Source: Verrucomicrobiota bacterium (GTDB taxonomy: Bacteria > Verrucomicrobiota > Verrucomicrobiia > Chthoniobacterales > UBA10450). From it: a stretch of 64,000 nucleotides of DNA. Under the pieces are notes generated by a model. It did not search any database, was not told the DNA's origin, and worked only from the letters and a program-made list of their open reading frames with translations. A program made the position numbers and the translations under genes. The stretch lies in NCBI GenBank assembly GCA_046732875.1, contig JBKPOB010000038.1:41031-105030 (forward strand). Reading direction: 5' to 3'. Positions 17,959-26,212 of this stretch are shown here, piece by piece (position 1 is the stretch's first letter; every line of letters starts with the position of its first letter).

Positions 17959-17967
17959 TTCTAAATC

Positions 17968-19059
17968 ATGTTTACATCGCGCCAAGTGAAACACAGCCGC
18001 CTCCTCTTGCGGCACGCCCGGAAGTATCTGCGTTACAAGGACGACCAGCTCAGCAGCACGGACCGTGAGCAAATCATCGCAGGTATGGAGGACCTTCGCG
18101 AAGCGTTACGTCAGAGAGATCGCGAGAGAATTCACAGCACGGCCAATGCGTTGGATAAAACACTTCACAAGCTGACACCGGTGACCTGGGAATCGCATTG
18201 GCGAGAGAATTGCGAGGTGATTTTGGTGGCCATCGTTGTGGCGGTGGGCATTCGCTCTTATTTCTTGCAACCGTTCAAAATTCCCACAGGCTCGATGCAG
18301 CCGACCTTGAACGGGATTATCGGTTATCCAAGCACAGCTCCGGCACCAAACATTCTGCGGCAGATTGGCGATTTCATTGTTCTGGGTCGCAACTACATCA
18401 ACGTTGTTGCGCGCGAAGATGATCAACTTCTTGAAATCCAGCCAAAGAAAATGTTTTTTTTCTTTACCCTTTCACAGCTGATTTGCCAGCGGCAAAAATA
18501 TCTGGTCTATGCGCCGCCCGACACACTCAGTCATGATTTCAACGTTTTCCCAGGCCGCATTTTTCATCGCGGTGACATCATTGCCAGAGGCGCAATCGAT
18601 ACGGGCGATCAGGTGTTTGTCGATAAGTTCAGTTATAACTTTGTTAAGCCGCATCGGGGCGACGTTTTTGTTTTCCGGACAAATCACATTCCAGGTATTC
18701 GCGAAGATCCCGAGGCAGGCTCGCCATTTTATATCAAGCGGCTGGCCGGATTGCCCGGCGATCGTTTAAGAATCGATCCGCCGTTTCTCTATGTGAATGG
18801 GAAGAAGGCTGAAGGTTACGGTTTTGTTCGGGTGATGTCAGCGAAAACACCTTATCGCGGCTATGCCCTGGGCCACGAATATCTGTCGCAACCGGATCGT
18901 ACGTTTACCGTCCCACAGGATGGCTACTTCGCCTTGGGCGACAACAGCTACAACAGCTATGACAGCCGTTATTGGGGAGCAGTGCCCGAAGCAAATCTCG
19001 TTGGGCGTGGTTTGTTAGTTTATTGGCCGTTTGGTCGACACTGGGGACTGATTCGCTAA
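17968..19059 (+). CDS. lepB: Signal peptidase I
   Basis: Catalytic Ser box PTGSMQPTL, Lys box (DVFVFR...YIKRLAGLPGD) and GDNSYNSYDSRYWG. Positioned downstream of lepA as in many bacteria. Confidence 0.9.
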   Translation: MFTSRQVKHSRLLLRHARKYLRYKDDQLSSTDREQIIAGMEDLREALRQRDRERIHSTANALDKTLHKLTPVTWESHWRENCEVILVAIVVAVGIRSYFLQPFKIPTGSMQPTLNGIIGYPSTAPAPNILRQIGDFIVLGRNYINVVAREDDQLLEIQPKKMFFFFTLSQLICQRQKYLVYAPPDTLSHDFNVFPGRIFHRGDIIARGAIDTGDQVFVDKFSYNFVKPHRGDVFVFRTNHIPGIREDPEAGSPFYIKRLAGLPGDRLRIDPPFLYVNGKKAEGYGFVRVMSAKTPYRGYALGHEYLSQPDRTFTVPQDGYFALGDNSYNSYDSRYWGAVPEANLVGRGLLVYWPFGRHWGLIR

Positions 19060-19170
19060 GACGGCTCTTAAAATACTGTGCGTGTTATCTGTTATCTCCT
19101 CTTACTGAAAGCGTGTTTCAGAAGAGTATGAGCAAGAGCAGGAGCAAGAGTAAGAAAAGCTTTTGCTAAT

Positions 19171-20349
19171 ATGTGGCGACACTTGCCCCGCCTGTATCCG
19201 CTACTTGGACTTTGCGGTGGCTACGCAATTGTCATGATCTTCAATCCAGTGCGGAATTCACTGGGGGACGGTTTTCGTTGTATTCGACGTTATAAACGCA
19301 TCTGGATTACCTTTTCGCTCCTTGGGTTTGGCTATTTTCTTTTTCAATTTGTCACTTTCACTCCGATCCGACACTGGGCCGATGTTGATCTAAATCAGAT
19401 CATCTCGTTGCCGCACTGGTACTGGCCGCGATTCGTTGACATATGGCGCGAGATACCGCTGCCGGCCCTGGAGGGAGTCGCAGGCATTTTCGATAACGCC
19501 ACGACAACTTATCCGCTCTCTGTCGTGGCTGCCGTTTTCATGCTGGCGAACTGGCGTGGATTACACGGCGCATTGCTCCGAGCATTGTGGAAGCGTTATC
19601 GTTTCTGGGGTCATTTTACCTATTTGATTCTGTTGCTGAGCGCGCTGGCGTCGCTCGTGAAGCCAATTGTGTTCTGGCGACTGCCAGAGTGGAGTGGTTT
19701 GGTCTCGGCCGCGGGGCTTCTGCGAATCTCGGCCACTGTCGACGCGACCGCGTTCATTTTTGAATACCTCCTGGGAGTCTACATCCAAGTGTATCTCATT
19801 ACAGTCTGTCTGGCGTGGATAAAGGGCGTGAGCTTCGAAGAAGGAGAACTCTTTCGCTTCGCCATGCGCCGTTTCAGTTATGTCTTGGAATGGGCTGGAA
19901 TTGTCGTTGCGGTAAGCATGCTGATTGTCCGGTTGCCTCTGCTGCTTGCCTATTTCACGAACATTCCCGGCGTCCTCGATTATCTGCCAATTGCGAGAGT
20001 GCTGATGAGTGTTTTGATTATCGCCTTTTGCTCGGTCCAAATCTCTCTGGCTCTCCATAACGAGACGCTCATCGAAGCAATGCAGGCTCACGGCCTGTTT
20101 ATCCGCAAAAACGCCGCTCCACTTGGGTGGTTTTTAGTTATCTGCGGCATCCATTTTTTTGGTATTATGGTTTGTGATGCCATGGTACGCAGCGCAATTG
20201 CTGATCGATTAGGCGCACTGTTCCTTTGGAAATTGAGTTTCGCTTTTCTTCGGGGAGTAATCACCGGCTGGCTCTTAGCTTCATGGGTCTGCTTATTTCG
20301 CCAGGGCGAAAGCGGGCGTATTAGCGAGGAGAAATGGATTCAGTATTAG
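19171..20349 (+). CDS. Polytopic membrane protein, unknown function
   Basis: 392 aa with ~8-10 hydrophobic segments. No motif recognised. Confidence 0.55.
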   Translation: MWRHLPRLYPLLGLCGGYAIVMIFNPVRNSLGDGFRCIRRYKRIWITFSLLGFGYFLFQFVTFTPIRHWADVDLNQIISLPHWYWPRFVDIWREIPLPALEGVAGIFDNATTTYPLSVVAAVFMLANWRGLHGALLRALWKRYRFWGHFTYLILLLSALASLVKPIVFWRLPEWSGLVSAAGLLRISATVDATAFIFEYLLGVYIQVYLITVCLAWIKGVSFEEGELFRFAMRRFSYVLEWAGIVVAVSMLIVRLPLLLAYFTNIPGVLDYLPIARVLMSVLIIAFCSVQISLALHNETLIEAMQAHGLFIRKNAAPLGWFLVICGIHFFGIMVCDAMVRSAIADRLGALFLWKLSFAFLRGVITGWLLASWVCLFRQGESGRISEEKWIQY

Positions 20350-20374
20350 GAAATTAGCCTTCAGAAGGGCAACC

Positions 20375-21223
20375 GTGAACGCGGCGACGATTACGCGGCA
20401 GAGCAAATCGAATCTCGCCCTCGCGTTCGTTTCGTTAGGGCGCGAGCGGAAACGCGACATCACCGTTTTCTACGCATTCTGCCGCGTCATCGACGATATC
20501 GCAGATTCCTCACAGCTCAGCGTAGTGGAGAAGCGAGTGCGTTTGGCGAAATGGCGCCAGATACTTCACGCCGCAGCGCAGGACGAACCGGTTCTTGCTC
20601 GCGACGTGAGACAGTTGATTGCCAAATACTCGTTGCCGCTCGACATGCTGGAGGAGATTATCGCCGGCGTAGAAATGGATTTGAGCACGCTGCGCTATCC
20701 CACCTTTGAAGCGCTCCGGGTTTATTGCTATCGTGTCGCCAGTGCCGTCGGCTTGGTAAGCATAGAGATTTTTGGCTATCGCAATCCACGCTGCAAACAA
20801 TATGCGATAGAGCTGGGGCTGGCTTTGCAAACCACCAATATCATCCGTGACGTCGGAAAAGATTTGCAGAATGGCCGCATCTATCTGCCGCAGGAAGATC
20901 TGGCGCGATTCCATTACTCTGAGACCGAGCTAATACAGCGGCATTACAACGAGCGCTTTGTTCAACTGATGGAGTTCCAGACGCAGCGGGCGCGTCAGTT
21001 TTTCGCTAATGCAGCAGCGGCTTTACCTGCCGAAGACCGCAAGGCGATGGCGCCGGCAGAGATTATGGCGTCGGTTTATCGCGGGTTGCTCCGCCGAATT
21101 GAGCTGGACAAGTTTCGGGTCTTTGAAAAAGATTACCAACTAAGCAGAATGGAGAAGGCAGGTCGGATCGCCGCGCAACTTTTCAAATCCTTTTTGAATG
21201 CACCGCGGCGGGCGGCCGTCTGA
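20375..21223 (+). CDS. Squalene/phytoene synthase-family enzyme (HpnD/CrtB-like)
   Basis: First Asp-rich box YAFCRVIDDIAD and second box NIIRDVGKDLQNGRIYLP. GTG start. HpnC, HpnD and CrtB cannot be discriminated by eye. Confidence 0.75.
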   Translation: MNAATITRQSKSNLALAFVSLGRERKRDITVFYAFCRVIDDIADSSQLSVVEKRVRLAKWRQILHAAAQDEPVLARDVRQLIAKYSLPLDMLEEIIAGVEMDLSTLRYPTFEALRVYCYRVASAVGLVSIEIFGYRNPRCKQYAIELGLALQTTNIIRDVGKDLQNGRIYLPQEDLARFHYSETELIQRHYNERFVQLMEFQTQRARQFFANAAAALPAEDRKAMAPAEIMASVYRGLLRRIELDKFRVFEKDYQLSRMEKAGRIAAQLFKSFLNAPRRAAV

Positions 21224-21253
21224 CTCTCCAATTGCGAAACCTAACTGACGAAT

Positions 21254-21583
21254 ATGAAAGTAAATTCTCTGAAAATTCTCTCAGCAGTTGTAACTGTGCT
21301 CTTTGTGCTGGACATGACTCTGTACGCACAGGGGGGAAGGGAAGCGCTTGATTCCCGCACGACCCACCCCGTCATGACAGCGACAGCGATCACTAAAGCA
21401 GATGCTGACAAAAAATACCCGGCAAAGGGAGGCCATTATCCCCCTGGGAACCGCAACCCGCATGATCCTTCGGGAGTCGTAACGAGTCCATATCCCCCAT
21501 ATCAACAATATGACTGCTCGAAGGTTTCACATGGCGGGCTGGTCTTGGACGTACGCGCGAAGAAAGTATTTGTATATCCCTAG
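21254..21583 (+). CDS. Small secreted protein, unknown function
   Basis: Signal peptide (ILSAVVTVLFVLDMTLYAQ). The C-terminal motif SPY..YD...V..GGL..DV...K.F..P is shared with the next gene. Confidence 0.5.
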   Translation: MKVNSLKILSAVVTVLFVLDMTLYAQGGREALDSRTTHPVMTATAITKADADKKYPAKGGHYPPGNRNPHDPSGVVTSPYPPYQQYDCSKVSHGGLVLDVRAKKVFVYP

Positions 21584-21674
21584 GACCAGTTCGGCCAGAC
21601 AAGCGTTGTCTTGAGAGTCTCCCTCGCAACACGCGGCGGGCTGCGGAGTTTAATTGCGCAAACGCTATTGCGCT

Positions 21675-22064
21675 ATGGGAATGAAGATTCTTACAGGTAC
21701 CTCGGCCATCGGTCTGGTTTGTCTCGCTCTCGCCTCATGTGACGCTCCGGTTGGTCAAGGCGCAGCATGGGGCGCTGCGACTGGGGCGATCATCGGCGGC
21801 GCGGCGACGGGTCATGTTCGGGCGGCATCAATTGGCGCAGCCGCAGGAGCGGCTGCCGGCGCATTGACCGGTGCGATTATTCAGGAGAATCAAGCTGCGC
21901 GCTATGGTCCGCCGCCGCCCGGTGGTTTTCCATACGCGCGCTGGGCCGGGACGCCCGGTTTCTATTACAGTCCTTATACGGAACGTGTCTATGACCTTCG
22001 AGGAGTTCCACCCGGTGGGCTTACGCGTGACGTCGATACCGGCCGGCTTTTCCGCAAACCGTAA
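21675..22064 (+). CDS. Glycine-zipper lipoprotein, unknown function
   Basis: Lipobox LALASC. Gly-zipper GAAWGAATGAIIGGAATG...IGAAAGAAAGALTGAII. Same C-terminal motif as 21254..21583. The ORF-track TTG at 21654 is an alternative start. Confidence 0.6.
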   Translation: MGMKILTGTSAIGLVCLALASCDAPVGQGAAWGAATGAIIGGAATGHVRAASIGAAAGAAAGALTGAIIQENQAARYGPPPPGGFPYARWAGTPGFYYSPYTERVYDLRGVPPGGLTRDVDTGRLFRKP

Positions 22065-22084
22065 CCGACTGCCAAAGATCGGGG

Positions 22085-23554
22085 TCAGCGCGTTTGCGCT
22101 TGGAGTGCATTCACCAGCGCTCGCGCTTCATCAGTCATCTTCAACAATTCCGGCCACGGGCGGTGATAATTTTCGCCGGGCAATTTGCGCGTCGCATCAA
22201 ACCCCATATGTGAGCCGATGTTTTGTTCGCTCGGGGCGTGGTCGAGCGAATCGCTGGGATTCTTGATGATGGTTGTGTCTCTTGCAGGATCCGTGTTCGC
22301 GCACAATCGGAAGAGCACTTCGCTTGTGTTGTGCACATCGCAATCTTCGTCCACGGCCACGATGTATTTGCTGAACATCATTTGTCCCATTCCCCACAGT
22401 CCGTGCATTACTTTGAACGCTTGGTAAGGATACTGCTTCCGAATGCTGACGAAGACCAGATTGTGAAAGACCCCCTCGGGGGGCAGCGTCATATCCACAA
22501 TTTCGGGAAAATTCATTTTGAAGACCGGCAGCAAAATGCGCACGCACGCGTCTCCGATGTAGTAGTCCTCCATCGGCGGGATACCGACGATTGTTGTTGG
22601 GTAAACGGCGTCACGCCTGTGCGTGATCGCGGTCACGTGGAACACCGGGTAATCCTCAATCGCAGTGTAATAACCGGTGTGATCGCCGAACGGCCCCTCC
22701 GGGCGCAGCTCGCCAGGCTGGACATATCCTTCCAAGACAAAGTCAACGTCAGATGGGACGTCGACGTCAATCGTCTTGCAGCGGACAAGCTCGATTGATT
22801 TTCGTCGCAGAAAACCAGCGAACAGAAGCTCGTCCAACCCGTCCGGCAGCGGTGCAGTTGCCGCGAAGGTATATACCGGGTCGCCACCCAATGTGACCGC
22901 GACCGGCATGCGCTCCCCACGCTCGTAATATCGCTTGCCGTGTCGCGCGCCGACCTTGTGAAGCTGCCAATGCATTCCGCTCGTATATCTGTCGTACACT
23001 TGCATTCGGTAGATGCCGACGTTACGGGCCCCGCTCTCCGGATCGCGCGTGTGCACATTTGCCAGAGTGATGAAACGTCCGCCGTCTTTGGGCCAGCATT
23101 TGAGGATCGGCAGATCGTCCAGGGAAAAGTTGTCGCCATTCTCAATGCGATGCACGATTTCATGGCATGGCGCATTGCGCACGGATTTTGGGCGCGCGTG
23201 GAGCAGATGAATTCCCTGTTTGAGCAAATTCCAGCCTTCGCGAAGATCGGTAGGCGGTCGTGCTTTTAAAATTAGTTGAATTTCCCGGGCGACATCTTCG
23301 ATGTCCGGAACCTGAAGCGCCAGTGCCATTCGGCGGTGCGATCCCATCGTGTTGATTGCAACGGGAAAATCTGATTTTTTTGCATCGCTGAAAGGCTGTT
23401 CGAACAGAAGAGCCTTTCCACCACCAGGCGATTTCATTTCACGATCAGCCCATTCTGCCATGAGCAGATCGGTATCGACCGGAATGGCGACGCGTTTCAG
23501 CTCGCCCGCTTTTTCAAGAGCGTCGAGGAAACTGCGGAATGAACCGTAAGCCAT
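22085..23554 (-). CDS. ubiD: UbiD-family (prFMN-dependent) decarboxylase, quinone-biosynthesis type
   Basis: 489 aa. N-terminal FRSFLDALEKAGELKRV..PVD..LE..E...R....GGPALLFE and collinear UbiD blocks throughout (e.g. NVGIYRMQV, GGDP). Confidence 0.85.
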   Translation of the reverse strand: MAYGSFRSFLDALEKAGELKRVAIPVDTDLLMAEWADREMKSPGGGKALLFEQPFSDAKKSDFPVAINTMGSHRRMALALQVPDIEDVAREIQLILKARPPTDLREGWNLLKQGIHLLHARPKSVRNAPCHEIVHRIENGDNFSLDDLPILKCWPKDGGRFITLANVHTRDPESGARNVGIYRMQVYDRYTSGMHWQLHKVGARHGKRYYERGERMPVAVTLGGDPVYTFAATAPLPDGLDELLFAGFLRRKSIELVRCKTIDVDVPSDVDFVLEGYVQPGELRPEGPFGDHTGYYTAIEDYPVFHVTAITHRRDAVYPTTIVGIPPMEDYYIGDACVRILLPVFKMNFPEIVDMTLPPEGVFHNLVFVSIRKQYPYQAFKVMHGLWGMGQMMFSKYIVAVDEDCDVHNTSEVLFRLCANTDPARDTTIIKNPSDSLDHAPSEQNIGSHMGFDATRKLPGENYHRPWPELLKMTDEARALVNALQAQTR

Positions 23555-23618
23555 TGCGAAGACGTACCGCTAAATTCATTCGTTTGGCCACGGAATGCGA
23601 ACGAAATTGTTTACGCGC

Positions 23619-24086
23619 TTATAGCGGCGGCGGCGCCGGTAAATGGCGGAAGTAAACAACTCGGCCGTGGGCGAAAGTGACTCCTTTGGACGGGTAGGGG
23701 AACTTGGGCGGGATGTATGACCAGTCGAATGGTCCGTAATAATATGGCCCACCGTAGCTAGGAGGGGTTTCGTAACGCAGATAGACCCACGTCTCGGTGG
23801 GACGACCACGCCCGTAACCTGGGATTTTTTGCTCTGGTGTACCCCAGGCCAGCCACACCGCGTCCATGGTCATACCCAGGCGAATCTGTCCCTGGCTCAC
23901 CAGCGCTTGGTCCTGCGAAGAGAGACCTTGGTAAATGTCAGGGTGTTGCGAGATCCGCGTCCCGGGCGTTCCACAACTGGCGAAAAGTAACGCAGCGGCT
24001 GCTATTCCGAATATCAGGGCGACACGTTTCGGTTCGCTCGCTTTTTCAAGAACGTTGATGAAATTTCGAAAACACCGGTGAGCCAT
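23619..24086 (-). CDS. Lipoprotein A, BamE/SmpA-OmlA-like domain, with ubiD-derived N-terminal extension
   Basis: Lipobox LFASC. LGMTMDAVWLAWGTPEQK....TETWVY resembles the SmpA_OmlA fold signature. The first 23 codons are homologous to the ubiD start (see findings). Paralog of 24154..24621. Confidence 0.65.
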   Translation of the reverse strand: MAHRCFRNFINVLEKASEPKRVALIFGIAAAALLFASCGTPGTRISQHPDIYQGLSSQDQALVSQGQIRLGMTMDAVWLAWGTPEQKIPGYGRGRPTETWVYLRYETPPSYGGPYYYGPFDWSYIPPKFPYPSKGVTFAHGRVVYFRHLPAPPPL

Positions 24087-24153
24087 TGATTAGAGGTGTG
24101 TCGCTAACGTGGTTCGTTTGGTGACAGAACGCGAACGAAATTGTTGATCGGCA

Positions 24154-24621
24154 TCATGACCCCACCAAGTATTGAAACGACACAACCCTGCCGTTGGAGA
24201 AAGTAACCACCTTATTCGGATAGGGAATGCTCGGCGGGATCAGTGAATAATAGAAGGGATCGTAGAAGGGATCGCCAAAAAAGCCAAAGCCGGGACCATA
24301 AGGCCCATAGAAAGGATAGTAGTAAGGATAAGTTGCGTAATACACGTAAACCCACGTCTCAGTGGAACGGCCACGCATGTTGCCTATAACCTTGGAATCG
24401 GGCGAACCCCAAGCCAGCCAGACTGCGTTTCGAGACATGCCGTATCGAATGTGCCCCTGATTTACCAGCGCCTGGTCCCGCGAAGAAAGGTTTCCATAAA
24501 TTTCTGGATGTTCGGAAATGCGACTCTCGATGGTCGAACAACTGGTGAGAACCAATGCGCCTGCTGCAATCCCAAACCTGAGCGCCCCCGAAAAGGATTG
24601 ACGCTTCATGCGACCGATCAT
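24154..24621 (-). CDS. Lipoprotein B, BamE/SmpA-OmlA-like domain with Tyr/Pro/Gly/Phe-rich insert
   Basis: Signal peptide and lipobox MKRQSFSGALRFGIAAGALVLTSC. ~65% identical to lipoprotein A over the conserved domain by hand count. The insert is YYATYPYYYPFYGPYGPGFGFFGDPFYDPFYY. Confidence 0.7.
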   Translation of the reverse strand: MIGRMKRQSFSGALRFGIAAGALVLTSCSTIESRISEHPEIYGNLSSRDQALVNQGHIRYGMSRNAVWLAWGSPDSKVIGNMRGRSTETWVYVYYATYPYYYPFYGPYGPGFGFFGDPFYDPFYYSLIPPSIPYPNKVVTFSNGRVVSFQYLVGS

Positions 24622-24694
24622 ACGCGCCTGCCCGCTTCTCAGTCAATTACGCGGTTTCTTGATTCAATACGACCCGCCGGTAACGTTCGGCTGG

Positions 24695-25696
24695 ATGCAA
24701 GATCGCTACGGCCATCGCATTTCCTATCTGCGCGTCTCGATAACGGATCGTTGCAATGAGCGTTGCACTTATTGCATGCCACAGGAATTACAGGAATGGC
24801 TGCCGCGCGAGGAAATTCTGACTTTTGAAGAAACGCTGCGCCTTATTCGCATCGCGGCTGACTTGGGCGTTTCGAAAGTGCGCATTACCGGTGGCGAGCC
24901 ACTGACGCGCCGTGACGTTGTCGATTTCATCAGGCGAATCCCTGGAATCCCAGGTATTAAAAGCATCGGTCTATCTACGAACGGGACATTGCTTGCGCGT
25001 GAAATCGCTCCCGAAAAACTAATGGCTAGGGCTTTACGCGCAGCCGGTGTCGGATCGGTTAATGTTTCACTCGATACGTTAAATCGGGAGGTCTATTCGC
25101 AGATTACCGGCCGCGATTTCCATGAGCAGGTTCTCCGTGGAATCAACGCGGCTATCGCTGCAGGCTTCGAACAGATCAAACTCAACACCGTCCTGATGCG
25201 CGGCCGAAATGAGGACCAGCTGATTCCATTGATAGAATTCGCAGCACAGCGCGATTTGATTCTTCGTTTCATCGAGATGATGCCTGTGAGCACAACCGAG
25301 GTGCTCGACGATAACAACTTCATGCCGGTTCGTGAGGCGAAGAGGATAATCGAATCGCGTTATGGATCTTTGATTCCTGAAGCTGAATTTAGGACAAACG
25401 GCCCGGCCACTTATTACTTAATCCCGACGCGTCAGCAGCGAATTGGCTTTATCGGAGCAATGACCAACCTCCATTTCTGTGAGAACTGCAACAAGCTTCG
25501 TCTCACATGCGACGGCAAATTGCGTCCCTGCCTCGGCAGCTATTTGGAGTTCGATATCATGAAACCGCTGCGCGCCGGAGCTAGCGACGCCGAGCTAAAA
25601 CAATTCTTTTTGGATGTTGTCGATCGAAAGCCGGAGCAGCACGATTTTAGGAATAACTATCAGCCAAATCGAAGGATGATCGCAATCGGCGGCTAA
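24695..25696 (+). CDS. moaA: GTP 3',8-cyclase MoaA (radical SAM)
   Basis: YLRVSITDRCNERCTYCMP (CxxxCxxC), the GGEPL box and the C-terminal C..C..LR.T.DG.L..CL cluster. Start placed at the ATG at 24695 (MQDRYGHRISYLR). Confidence 0.9.
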   Translation: MQDRYGHRISYLRVSITDRCNERCTYCMPQELQEWLPREEILTFEETLRLIRIAADLGVSKVRITGGEPLTRRDVVDFIRRIPGIPGIKSIGLSTNGTLLAREIAPEKLMARALRAAGVGSVNVSLDTLNREVYSQITGRDFHEQVLRGINAAIAAGFEQIKLNTVLMRGRNEDQLIPLIEFAAQRDLILRFIEMMPVSTTEVLDDNNFMPVREAKRIIESRYGSLIPEAEFRTNGPATYYLIPTRQQRIGFIGAMTNLHFCENCNKLRLTCDGKLRPCLGSYLEFDIMKPLRAGASDAELKQFFLDVVDRKPEQHDFRNNYQPNRRMIAIGG

Positions 25697-25699
25697 CCA

Positions 25700-26194
25700 A
25701 TGCAGCGACTCACTCACATCAGTGGTGATGGCCGGGCGCAGATGGTCAACGTATCGGCGAAGCCAATGAGTAATCGAAGAGCAGTTGCCAGTGGAAAGAT
25801 TCGGCTTAAGCGAACGACGCTAAAGCTGATTGCGAAGGACCAAATTGCCAAGGGGAATGTCTTCGCGACCGCACGGATCGCCGGTATTCAGGCTGCAAAA
25901 CAGACAGAGCATTTAATTCCGCTCTGCCACACGCTGCCCCTCGGGGAAGTTAAAATCGACATTGTTACGTCGGACGAAGGAGCAGAGGTAACGTGTGCTG
26001 CACGGACGGTTGCACAGACGGGCGTTGAGATGGAGGCGCTAGTCGGCGTCTCGATTGCGTTGCTGACGATTTACGATATGTGCAAAGCGGTAGACAAAGA
26101 AATGCAAATTTCAGATGTGCGTTTGATCGAGAAGACGAAACAGTCTGTAGCGGCGGTCTATGACCGCCGAAGCGAACATCGGCGGCGCTCATAG
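25700..26194 (+). CDS. moaC: Cyclic pyranopterin monophosphate synthase MoaC
   Basis: LTHI...G.A.MV.VS.K....R.A.A.G.I, IPLCH.L.L and GVEMEAL..VS.ALLT.YDM.KA blocks. The last ~16 codons are encoded by a REP-B element. Confidence 0.9.
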   Translation: MQRLTHISGDGRAQMVNVSAKPMSNRRAVASGKIRLKRTTLKLIAKDQIAKGNVFATARIAGIQAAKQTEHLIPLCHTLPLGEVKIDIVTSDEGAEVTCAARTVAQTGVEMEALVGVSIALLTIYDMCKAVDKEMQISDVRLIEKTKQSVAAVYDRRSEHRRRS

Positions 26195-26207
26195 AGACGC
26201 CGTTACA
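26146..26207. repeat. REP-B element, two inverted copies
   Basis: tgtagcggcggtctatgaccgccg + aagcgaacat + cggcggcgctcatagagacgccgttaca. It spans the moaC 3' end and the moaC-moaB spacer. Confidence 0.6.
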
Positions 26208-26212
26208 ACGGG

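Noticed and set aside
19085-19165. Purine-rich GAGCAA/GAGTAA tandem words and a hairpin (ctcttactgaaa/tttcagaagag) after lepB
   Set aside because: Probably a terminator hairpin plus low-complexity spacer. The inverted-array architecture is not clear here, so it is not counted with the GAATGAC/GTTGAT/GTTAAA families.
24622-24694. Possible Moco riboswitch upstream of moaA
   Set aside because: Only 73 nt separate the divergent lipoprotein start from the preferred moaA ATG. That is too short for the ~130-nt Moco RNA motif, and I see none of its conserved stems.
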